Of a stretch of DNA of 64,000 nt, positions 12,402 through 20,596 are shown piece after piece; positions within the stretch are counted from its first letter, which is position 1; the number at the start of each line of letters is the position of its first letter. The notes beneath the pieces were generated by a model, which did not search any database, had not been told where the DNA came from, and saw only the letters and a program-made list of their open reading frames with translations. The stretch is from Elusimicrobiota bacterium (GTDB lineage Bacteria > Elusimicrobiota > Elusimicrobia > Elusimicrobiales > UBA9959), in NCBI GenBank assembly GCA_009773155.1, contig WOVA01000007.1, forward strand, positions 1,108 to 65,107, given 5' to 3'. The translations under genes were made by a program, and so were the position numbers.

Positions 12402-13199
12402 TCAGTCGAAGGGGCGCCACTTAGCCTTGGCTTTCCAGGTCTTCTCCCGCTTGATATAGGCGCTGAAAAGGTCCATGGCCTGGTCCGCCGACATCTCGTC
12501 TATAGCAGCGAACTGCCCCTGCTCGTCCTTGTACTCGATGTCATAGGCGGCTCCCGAGCGGGAGGCGGTGATGAACCCGTCGGGCGCGTTGAGGGTTATG
12601 AAGAAATTCTCCTCGCCCAGCGCCTCGAAGGCCTTCTGCAGCTGCGACACCGTGGGGTCCTTTACTACCGTCCCGTCGGCCATCTCTATCACGTAGCCTT
12701 TGTTCGGGGAGTCCTGAGGCGCGCCCTGGACTATTGCGGGGGCGGCGGCGGGGGTTTTGCGGGCGGCGGCCCGGACCGGCGGCTCCTTCCCCTCGTAGGC
12801 CGCGAATTTTTCCTTTTCCAGGACCAGGAACGACCCCAGGGCCTGCTTCCAGGTATTGCCGGCCTTGTTGAGGTTGAAAGTGCGGACCTTGGCGGGATCG
12901 GCGTCCTCGTCGTAATAGACCGAGGCGGTGACGCCGGCCTTGGTGGCGAAATAGCGCACCTCCCGCACCTTGCCGTCCCAGCGGCGGAGACCGACCACTT
13001 CTGATTTTATTGCCTTGTCCTTGAAGAACGTCTTGTCGACCGTCATGGCAAGGACCGGCGGCAGGTGGCGCTTCACGCCTTCCAGGTCCCTGTTCTTGTA
13101 GGCCGTCAGTATCTCCCTGCCCACCTCTTCCGCCGTCTGCGCGCTGGCGCAGGGCGCAAGGAACGCCGCTATCGATATTAGTATTGCCGCGAACCTCAT
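12402..13199 (-). CDS. Hypothetical secreted protein
   Basis: Signal peptide MRFAAILISIAAFLAPCASAQ. Coding-like composition. No recognised domain. Confidence 0.6.
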   Translation of the reverse strand: MRFAAILISIAAFLAPCASAQTAEEVGREILTAYKNRDLEGVKRHLPPVLAMTVDKTFFKDKAIKSEVVGLRRWDGKVREVRYFATKAGVTASVYYDEDADPAKVRTFNLNKAGNTWKQALGSFLVLEKEKFAAYEGKEPPVRAAARKTPAAAPAIVQGAPQDSPNKGYVIEMADGTVVKDPTVSQLQKAFEALGEENFFITLNAPDGFITASRSGAAYDIEYKDEQGQFAAIDEMSADQAMDLFSAYIKREKTWKAKAKWRPFD

Positions 13200-13401
13200 T
13201 TTAAGCTCCTGGAAAGCAGTTTAAACCCCGGGTTATCCTACCATATAGGATTTTTTCATGTAAACCCCGGCAGAAGGGCCTGCCCAAAGGGCCCAGGCGG
13301 GGATAGTAAATAATACGCCCCGAAGATGCCCTTTATACCCCTGAAGGGCGGGCCCGGTCCGGCTATACTTTGTATACAGTAGGAATCACGGAGGATTTTG
13401 G

Positions 13402-14766
13402 ATGCTAAAAGTCCAGGCCATCTTATTTGCGGTAATAACCTCTATTTCAGTTAACGCCGGCGCCGCCGACACCCTCGACGGCCTGCTAGAACGCGTGGAA
13501 GGGGCCGGGCGGAACAAGTCCGTCTCGGACGCCTCCCCGGCCCTGAGGCTGGCCGCGGCCGACCCGTTCAAGGCGCGGGTGATGCTGGGCGAAGCCCTGG
13601 ACTCCTCCCGCGATCCCGGCTATCGCTGCTCCGTGATAGACATACTGGGTTCCGCCACCGACGATTCCGTCCGCCGGGACCTGGCCGCTTCCGCGGCCGC
13701 CGCCGACCCCGGCGTGCGCGCCTGCGCCGCCCGCCAGCTCGGCCTGCAGGGCAACGAGCACGCGGTACCGCTGCTGGTGGCCGATATCGAAGCCTACCTG
13801 GGCGGCTCCGGCAATAAGGGCGTTTACGAGGACGATTTCCGCGCACGCCTGGCCGCCATCGACGCGGTCTGGGCCCTGGGCGAGATAACCAGCCCCGCAG
13901 TCATCGGCGAGTTAGAGCGGCTTTACCGTTCCTCGGACGAAATATTCAAGATGAACATAACCTTCAGCGCCGGCAAGCAGAAGACCGACGAGGCGGCCCC
14001 CTTCCTGCGCGGGATAGCCGGCGACCTGAACGAGACCGAGCCCGTCCGCGCGGCCGCCTTCGAGGTGCTGGACCGCCTCGGCCAGGCCGGCGGCCTCTCC
14101 ACGGCCCCCTCTTCCGTCCGCAGCGCCATCACCCGGGCCGACCTGCTCTACACCGGCGGCCAGACCGGCACCATCTCGAGCTGGTTCGTGGATATGCTGC
14201 CGATAGGCCATACCGCCATCTACGGCGGCACCAGGGTCTCGGACGGCAAAATACTGGCCGTCATCTACGACTGCGTCCCCAACTACTTCAAACCCGGCGG
14301 GGTGCGCACGGTCGGCTGGTACAACTATACCAGCCGCTTTAAGCGCCCGCTCTACGCGGTCAAGACCGCGCGGACGCCCCCCACGGCCGCGCAGCGCGAG
14401 GCCATCATACGCACCGCCCTCGCCCTGCAGGGCAAGGACTACGGCCTGACGCACGTGCAGCAGAAAGGGCCCGACACCTTTGACTGCGTCGGCTACACCG
14501 AGTACGCCTACGAGCGGGCCGGGCTGAACATCACCCCCGACGAACAGGAGACCGGCTGGGGCTGGCCGCTGACCCCCGCCGAGCAGTACGACGCCGCCGT
14601 CAACGTGAGCCTCTCCGCGCCAGGCGTCCGGGCGCAGCAGACCCCTTCCGGCATCGTCGCCCCCGACCCCGGCATCATCACCGGCGCCTTCGGCGCGCTC
14701 AACTCCGCCTTCGGCTCCGGTTCCGCCGTGGAACCGCCCGCCGTGCCCGGCATCCCGGGATTCTGA
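13402..14766 (+). CDS. Secreted HEAT-repeat protein with C-terminal permuted NlpC/P60-like (YaeF/YiiX-type) domain
   Basis: Signal peptide. HEAT/PBS-lyase-like repeats (RACAARQLGLQGNEHAVPLL, AAIDAVWALGEI). GHTAIYGG followed about 110 aa later by DTFDCVGYTEYAYERAGL, the His-before-Cys order typical of circularly permuted NlpC/P60. Confidence 0.6.
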   Translation: MLKVQAILFAVITSISVNAGAADTLDGLLERVEGAGRNKSVSDASPALRLAAADPFKARVMLGEALDSSRDPGYRCSVIDILGSATDDSVRRDLAASAAAADPGVRACAARQLGLQGNEHAVPLLVADIEAYLGGSGNKGVYEDDFRARLAAIDAVWALGEITSPAVIGELERLYRSSDEIFKMNITFSAGKQKTDEAAPFLRGIAGDLNETEPVRAAAFEVLDRLGQAGGLSTAPSSVRSAITRADLLYTGGQTGTISSWFVDMLPIGHTAIYGGTRVSDGKILAVIYDCVPNYFKPGGVRTVGWYNYTSRFKRPLYAVKTARTPPTAAQREAIIRTALALQGKDYGLTHVQQKGPDTFDCVGYTEYAYERAGLNITPDEQETGWGWPLTPAEQYDAAVNVSLSAPGVRAQQTPSGIVAPDPGIITGAFGALNSAFGSGSAVEPPAVPGIPGF

Positions 14767-14784
14767 ACCCGGGAGCCCCGATAT

Positions 14785-14812
14785 AAAAAACCCCGCCTCG
14801 GCGGGGTTTTTT
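14785..14812. terminator. Bidirectional rho-independent terminator
   Basis: aaaaaaccccgcc-tcg-gcggggtttttt between convergent genes. Confidence 0.85.
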
Positions 14813-14830
14813 ATTTTGGCGGCCGCGGCC

Positions 14831-15505
14831 TTACAGGAACTCTGCGCCCGACGGGCCGCAGTTAAGCAGCAGGTCCAGCGCCGAGAGGTCCGGCGTAAAA
14901 CCGGGAAAAGACTGAGGGTAGGGACGGGACTCGAACTTCTGCCAGGAGACCTTTATCCCGGCGGCGGAAAAAAGTTTTTCGTCCAGGTAATCCTTCGCCC
15001 CTGCGCCGGAAAGATATTCGTCCGCGCCGGCCGCCCGGCAGATATCCGCCAGCCGCGCGGTAGAAACGGCGCTTATCTCCATCTCTGAAGAAAGACGCAG
15101 CGGCGTCTTTATACCGAAACCGTCCCTCAGAAAGTTGATCGTGGCCAGCGCCAGTTCGCCCAGCTTCTCGTACCGGGCGCCGTAGAGCGCCTCGAGAGCC
15201 GGCAGGTAAGTATTAAAATGGGCCGCGCGGGCGTAATTCATCTTTATCGCGCTCAGATGGTCCGCGGCCCAGGGCCGGGAATTATCCAGCGGGATATCGC
15301 GTATAACGGCGTCGTACCGGCCCTTCGCCATGACCGGCACGGTAAGATACTGCGGCCCCGCCGGCACCCGGAGGCGGTTGCGGTTCTGGAACTCCCGCCG
15401 CTCGTACTGCACGTCGTCGAGCAGGACGAACAGGTCCGCGCGCCGCATCTTCGCGAAGAAGCGCAGGCCCGGCATGTACTGCAGCTGATGGGCGGCCAGT
15501 ATCAC
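14831..15505 (-). CDS. WbqC-family protein (polysaccharide locus accessory)
   Basis: N-terminus HQLQYMPGLRFFAKMRRADLFVLLDDVQYERREFQNRNR is typical of WbqC-like proteins. Confidence 0.75.
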   Translation of the reverse strand: MILAAHQLQYMPGLRFFAKMRRADLFVLLDDVQYERREFQNRNRLRVPAGPQYLTVPVMAKGRYDAVIRDIPLDNSRPWAADHLSAIKMNYARAAHFNTYLPALEALYGARYEKLGELALATINFLRDGFGIKTPLRLSSEMEISAVSTARLADICRAAGADEYLSGAGAKDYLDEKLFSAAGIKVSWQKFESRPYPQSFPGFTPDLSALDLLLNCGPSGAEFL

Positions 15506-16365
15506 CTTTGCCCCCCCGGCTTGAAAGCGGCGGCCGCGAAAGCGCTGGCCGCAAGCACCCGTCCTCCGCTGAGGACCCCGGCGGCCCTCGCCGCCGCGAA
15601 GAAAGCGGATTTGAAGATACCGACCGCCGCGGCTCCCAGCCGGCCGCCGGTGGCGTAAGGGTCGCCGGAGGTCGGCCTTGAATTGCGCAGCCTGATCCCT
15701 TCGAAGCCGGAGGAGCGGAGGAAGGCTCGCATTGCGGCGGGGGTATAGTTCCAGTTGTGGACAACTCCCGGCCTCAGCCCCAGAGCCCGCAGCGGGGGGA
15801 GTCCGGAAAGAGCCAGCGCCCGCAGGTGGAAGGCGGCGTTGAGCTCGCGTATGAAAACGGCGCCGCCCGGCCGCAGGAGGGCGAAAGCCCGGGCCAGCAG
15901 CGGACGCGGGTCCTCCACGAGAGAAAGCACGTCGTAGAACGCCACGGCGTCGAAGGAGGAATCCGGCGTCCGCAGCGTTTCAAGCCTGCCCGCGTGGACC
16001 GGGAAGCCCGCGGCAGAAGCCTCTGCCGCCAGCCGGGGAGAGATCTCGACTCCGCTGCAGTCCCAGCCGGCAGAGGCGGCCGCTTTCATGATCTCTCCCG
16101 AAGCGCAGCCTACGTCCAGCAGCCGCCCCCCGCCGGGCCTGAAGGCGGAAAGGTCCGAGACCAGCTCCGTTATTATGCGGGACTTGGACAGGGAGTATAT
16201 CTCCCGCTCGTCGAGCCCTCCATAGCGCGGCTCGGAGAAACAAGGCTCTTCCGCCCGCGCCAGACCGCAGGCCCGGCACCTTGCCAGCCCGCCCGCGCTC
16301 AGCAGCGGGGAGGCCCCGCAGGCCGGGCAGCGCTCAACGCTTTCCACTGGCCGTTCTCCCTTCAC
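15502..16365 (-). CDS. Class I SAM-dependent methyltransferase with N-terminal Cys4 zinc ribbon
   Basis: CPACG...CRACG. Motif I LLDVGCASGE. 4-nt overlaps with both neighbours. Confidence 0.8.
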   Translation of the reverse strand: MKGERPVESVERCPACGASPLLSAGGLARCRACGLARAEEPCFSEPRYGGLDEREIYSLSKSRIITELVSDLSAFRPGGGRLLDVGCASGEIMKAAASAGWDCSGVEISPRLAAEASAAGFPVHAGRLETLRTPDSSFDAVAFYDVLSLVEDPRPLLARAFALLRPGGAVFIRELNAAFHLRALALSGLPPLRALGLRPGVVHNWNYTPAAMRAFLRSSGFEGIRLRNSRPTSGDPYATGGRLGAAAVGIFKSAFFAAARAAGVLSGGRVLAASAFAAAAFKPGGQR

Positions 16366-19300
16366 AGCATTTCATAAAAGAGCTTCTCTACCTCGAGGGA
16401 ATGCTTTTCCCAGGAATAATTATTCTCTACGAACTCCCGACACTTTTCCCTGAAGGCGCCGCGGCCGCGCGGGTCGCGGCGGGAGAAGGATTCTATGCCT
16501 TCCGCTATGTCTTCCGGCGTTCCTCCGCCCAGCAGCAGGCTCCTGTTGAACCCGCCCAGAACCTCCACATTGGCCGCCACCGGCGTGGCCAGTACCGGCG
16601 TCCCGCAGGCCAGCGCCTCCAGCGTCACCAGCCCGAAGCCTTCCAACTCCCTGGTAGGAAGGATAAAGAGGTCCGCGGCCTGGTAATAGGCCGCCAGGTC
16701 CTGCTCGGGGATGAAGCCGGCCAGCGTTACGCCGCCGCCGATCCCGGCTTCCTTTATCATCGCCTCCAGACGGGGTTTGAGATAACCGCGCCCTCCTATA
16801 ATGAAGTGAGTCTCCGGAATATTATCCAGGACCCGGGCGGCGGCCGTCACCAGGTTCTCCAGGCCCATGCGGGGGACCAGGTTGCGGACGGTGAACACTA
16901 CGAGCTTTTCCGGGGGCACGCCGAGGCGGCGCCGTACCTCGTCCCTGTCGGCCGCCGGCGAGAACTTTTCCGTGTCTACCCCGAGCGGGACTATCACCGG
17001 CGGCACCCCGTGTTCCCGCTTCAGCCTCTCGGCCATGAAACCGCTGGCGGCCATTACCCGGAGGGAGCGGCCGAGCACCCGTCGCTCTATCGTCCTGCGG
17101 GCTAAAGAACCCAGTAAAAGCCGCGGCGCGCCGAAGCCCATATCCCTGCCGCGTATGGAATATTCCTCTCCCCAGGGCGAATGGAAATAATAAGCCGAGG
17201 GGGCGCCGGGAAAGAAGGACTGCGAGAGCATCCCCGTGTAAGGGTGATGCAGGTATAAAACATCAGGGCGCCCGTACCGGTCTTTCAGCGCCGCGGCCGC
17301 CGCACGGAAGGACAGCGGACTTACGCCGTAGCGCCGTATCTCCACCCCGTCGACCACCTCCAGCGGTTTCCCGCCCGGTGCTCCCCGGGTCACTACCGCG
17401 ACCTTGTGCCTGCGGGCCGCCAGCCGGCGGGCGGTCTCCCAGGCTACGCGGCCGGAGCCGCCTTCGTCGTCGGACTGTATGATATCCGTACCGATCACGA
17501 TGTGGAGCCGCCTGCCGCCGGCGCTGACCGGAGAGGCCGTCAGGCGGCGCACGGAATCCAGCCAGAGCTCGAACATGATGGCGGCGTAGAGCCTGTCGGA
17601 ATGATCGCGGCGGCCGGCAAGATGTTCCCCCCGCATGGAGGCGACAGCCATCGGGTCGAGGAAGCCGGAGCGTCGGAGCGCGGCCGGAGAGAGGATATCG
17701 GAGACGAAGTCGGAGAGGTCTTCGGCCAGCCAACGCGCCACCGGGGCCTGGAAACCCATCTTCTTCTGCCGCAGCAGCGGCGGCGGCAGGCGGCCCGCCA
17801 GCATTTTCCTCATGAAGCGCTTGGGCTCCAGGCCGCCGCCGGTCTTGGTCCGCAGGCTTATCCCCGCCATCAGCGAGGCCAGGCGCACGTCGAGGAACGG
17901 CACGCGCAGCTCCAGCGAGTTCATCATCGAAGCGCGGTCGGCCAGGGTCAGCAGGTCGTCCTGCAGATAGCCGGCCAGTTCGTAGCGCATGATCTCGTCG
18001 GGAGACTGCGGCAGCAGCGGCGGCGCGTAACGGGCGCCGCCCAGCGCCGCCTTGAAATCCAGGGAATAGAGCGAAGTCTTTTCCTCTTCCGCCAGGAACG
18101 AGCACCAACTGTGGTAGCCGCGCGGGAAATCCAGAAGGCCGCCCCTGGAGAAGCGCTTGGCCCAGCCGGCTATGTTCCGCGGGCCCCGGCCTTCGGGCAG
18201 CAGCGCGGCCGCGGCAGCGGCGGCCGAACGCAGCGCCGGAGGCAGGGAGAGGTATTTTTCCAGGTGCAGCGCCCCGAGGTGCCGCGGGTAGCCGCCGAAG
18301 AGTTCGTCCCCGCCGGTGCCGGTGAGCGCGGCCTTCACCCGCCCGGAGGCCGCCCTGGTGACGAGATAGGTCGGGATGGCCGAGGAGTCGGCGAAAGGTT
18401 CGTCGAAACCGGTGGCCAGCCTGACGCATATGTCGGCTACACCTTTCCCGGCGGAGTCCGCGGTCCCGGAAACGTCGAGTTTTTCGTGCCGCAGACCGAA
18501 GGCGGCGGCGGCCAGCGCCGCCTTGCCGGTCTCGTCGTAAGCCGAGTCGGCGCCGGAGAAGCCGGCGGAATAGGCTGTGACCGAAGCCCCGGTCTGGCCG
18601 AGACAGGAGGCTATAGCGGCGGAATCCAGGCCCCCGGACAGCAGCAGGCCGAGCGGCACGTCGGAGACCAGCTGCTCCTTTACGGAAGCTTCCAGCGCCG
18701 CCAGCGCGCGGTCGTGGAGTTCCTCCTCGGGCACACCCGACATGTCCTGCGCCTTCATGTCCCAGTATCTCCGTATCTCGGTACGGCCGCCGCCGCGCAG
18801 CAGGACGCAGCCGCTCTCGAGTTTCCTGGCAGCCCTGAAAGCGGTCAGCGGGGCCGGCACCCTCATAAGCGTGAAGTACGCGTCCATCGCGACGGGGTCG
18901 AGGTCGCGGGGAATCCTGTCGCAGAGAAGAAGGGCCTTTAATTCGGACGCGAAGAAAAACGATCCGCCGGCCTCGGCGTAGTAGAGGGGCTTTATGCCGA
19001 ACTGGTCGCGCGCCAGCAGCAGGCGGCCGCGCCTGGAATCCCAGATGGCAAAGGCGAACATGCCGCGCAGCGAGGAGCAGAGGTCCGGCCCGTGCTCTTC
19101 ATACAGGTGAACGAGCACTTCCGTGTCGGACGCGGTGCGGAACCTGTGCCCGCGCGCTTCCAGGTCCGAGCGCAGCGCCTTGTAATTGTAGATCTCGCCG
19201 TTGAAGACCGCGGCGACGCAGCCGTCCTCGTTAGCGACGGGCTGCCGGCCCGTGTCTAGGTCTATTATCTTCAGGCGCCGGCTGGCGAGACTGGCCCGCC

Positions 19301-19412
19301 CGCCGTCGTAATGGAAGCCGTCCTCGTCCGGCCCGCGGTGGCGCAGCGCGGCCGCCATCGCGCCCAGCAGGTAGTCGTTCTTATAGTCGGTGAAACCGCA
19401 GATGCCGCACAT
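16362..19412 (-). CDS. Fusion protein: glutamine-hydrolysing asparagine synthase-like amidotransferase (N) + GT4 glycosyltransferase (C)
   Basis: Start reassigned to MCGICGF (Cys2 nucleophile) at 19412, overlapping the upstream stop as ATGA. PP-loop LLSGGLDSAAIA. C-terminal about 380 aa with the GT4 EX7E region RELEGFGLVTLEALACGTPV. The 117 codons upstream in the track ORF are antisense of the next gene. Confidence 0.85.
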   Translation of the reverse strand: MCGICGFTDYKNDYLLGAMAAALRHRGPDEDGFHYDGGRASLASRRLKIIDLDTGRQPVANEDGCVAAVFNGEIYNYKALRSDLEARGHRFRTASDTEVLVHLYEEHGPDLCSSLRGMFAFAIWDSRRGRLLLARDQFGIKPLYYAEAGGSFFFASELKALLLCDRIPRDLDPVAMDAYFTLMRVPAPLTAFRAARKLESGCVLLRGGGRTEIRRYWDMKAQDMSGVPEEELHDRALAALEASVKEQLVSDVPLGLLLSGGLDSAAIASCLGQTGASVTAYSAGFSGADSAYDETGKAALAAAAFGLRHEKLDVSGTADSAGKGVADICVRLATGFDEPFADSSAIPTYLVTRAASGRVKAALTGTGGDELFGGYPRHLGALHLEKYLSLPPALRSAAAAAAALLPEGRGPRNIAGWAKRFSRGGLLDFPRGYHSWCSFLAEEEKTSLYSLDFKAALGGARYAPPLLPQSPDEIMRYELAGYLQDDLLTLADRASMMNSLELRVPFLDVRLASLMAGISLRTKTGGGLEPKRFMRKMLAGRLPPPLLRQKKMGFQAPVARWLAEDLSDFVSDILSPAALRRSGFLDPMAVASMRGEHLAGRRDHSDRLYAAIMFELWLDSVRRLTASPVSAGGRRLHIVIGTDIIQSDDEGGSGRVAWETARRLAARRHKVAVVTRGAPGGKPLEVVDGVEIRRYGVSPLSFRAAAAALKDRYGRPDVLYLHHPYTGMLSQSFFPGAPSAYYFHSPWGEEYSIRGRDMGFGAPRLLLGSLARRTIERRVLGRSLRVMAASGFMAERLKREHGVPPVIVPLGVDTEKFSPAADRDEVRRRLGVPPEKLVVFTVRNLVPRMGLENLVTAAARVLDNIPETHFIIGGRGYLKPRLEAMIKEAGIGGGVTLAGFIPEQDLAAYYQAADLFILPTRELEGFGLVTLEALACGTPVLATPVAANVEVLGGFNRSLLLGGGTPEDIAEGIESFSRRDPRGRGAFREKCREFVENNYSWEKHSLEVEKLFYEML

Positions 19413-20524
19413 CAGTCCGTCCCGTAGAAAACCGCGTGTTTTTCGACGAAAATCTTCTCCGTAAAATCGTTTTCCGCCCTGCGCCTGGCCGCCGCGCCCA
19501 GCCGGCCCGCCAGCGCCCGGTCTTCGAGCAGCGCCCCCAGTGCCCTCCCGAGCGCGGCGGCGTCTCCCGGAGGTACGAGCAGCGCTTCCGCTCCGTCGGC
19601 GGCCGTCTCCAGCGTCCCCGGCAGCGAAGCCGCGGCTATCGGCAGGCCCATGGCCATGGCCTCTATGAGGGCTATCGGCTGCCCCTCCAGCAGGGACGGC
19701 AGCGCGAAGACGTCGCAGAGGGCCAGCACGCGGGGCATATCTTCCCTGAAGCCGGCCCAGCATACGGCGTCCGATATGCCGAGAGCGGCGGCCCGCTTTT
19801 TCAGCTCATCCCCCATTTCGCCGGAACCCGCGATAAGAAGTTTAAGCGGCCCGGCGGGCGCGCCGGCGGACCGCCGCAGGCCCGCGAAAGCCTCGAGCAG
19901 GTGAGGGAACCCCTTCTGCCAGACGAGCCTTCCGGACGCGCCTATCACGGAAAAGCCTTCGAGACCGAGCTCTCGGGCCAGGGCTTCGTCCCGCGCGGGA
20001 CGAGCGAAGAATCCGCTCCCCGCGCAGTTGGGGATCACGGTTATCAGGCCTGGCTCTATGCCGTGCCCGGCGGCGAGAGTTTCCCTGAGCGCCGCGCTGA
20101 CCGTAATAAAACGGGAGGTCAACTTCTCTCCGATGCCGCCGAAGAACCTGTAGGCGGCTTTCCGCAAAGGCCCGATGTCGAAGCCATCCACCGGCATAGC
20201 CACGGTGGAGATATGCTCAACCCCGGCGAGCCGGCAGGCGAGAGAGCAGTAAAAATCCATGCGGGCGCCCTGGCTGTGCACCGCGCCGGGGCGGACGCCG
20301 CGGATAACGGAGGCCAGGCGGAGAACGTACCCCGGGTCGAAAAGGGCCGGGCCGGACGCGCCGTGCAGCGCCGCGAAAGGCGCGGTCTCCTCGGAGAAAG
20401 GGTTTCCGCCGGACGAAACGACATGAACCTCGAAGCCGCGCGCGGACAGGCCGCGGGCCAGCGCCGCGAAAGAACGTTCCCCTCCGCCGTAAAACGCGTT
20501 CTCTATAGCCAGGAGAAGCCTCAT
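19412..20524 (-). CDS. GT4-family glycosyltransferase
   Basis: Start reassigned to MRLLLAIENAFYGGGERSF (ATG 20524). C-terminal LLEGQPIALIEAMAMGLPI motif. Confidence 0.85.
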   Translation of the reverse strand: MRLLLAIENAFYGGGERSFAALARGLSARGFEVHVVSSGGNPFSEETAPFAALHGASGPALFDPGYVLRLASVIRGVRPGAVHSQGARMDFYCSLACRLAGVEHISTVAMPVDGFDIGPLRKAAYRFFGGIGEKLTSRFITVSAALRETLAAGHGIEPGLITVIPNCAGSGFFARPARDEALARELGLEGFSVIGASGRLVWQKGFPHLLEAFAGLRRSAGAPAGPLKLLIAGSGEMGDELKKRAAALGISDAVCWAGFREDMPRVLALCDVFALPSLLEGQPIALIEAMAMGLPIAAASLPGTLETAADGAEALLVPPGDAAALGRALGALLEDRALAGRLGAAARRRAENDFTEKIFVEKHAVFYGTD

Positions 20525-20596
20525 CGGCTGAAATAATACCAATTTTGACCTCCTCTCATTTGCTATACTTTTTTTTCGACGACGGGGCGCCGACTG

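Noticed and set aside
17263-18941. 388-aa (minus) and 511-aa (plus) ORFs inside the AsnB-GT4 gene
   Set aside because: They are alternative-frame or antisense shadows of a gene with a clear PP-loop and Ntn motifs. The translations are Arg/Pro/Gly-rich and lack motifs.
19413-19763. N-terminal 117 codons of track ORF 16362..19763, and likewise 20525..21193 of ORF 19412..21193
   Set aside because: These extensions run antisense or overlapping into neighbouring genes and are Arg/Gly-rich. The canonical starts (MCGICGF with an ATGA overlap, and MRLLLAIENAF) fit the enzyme families.
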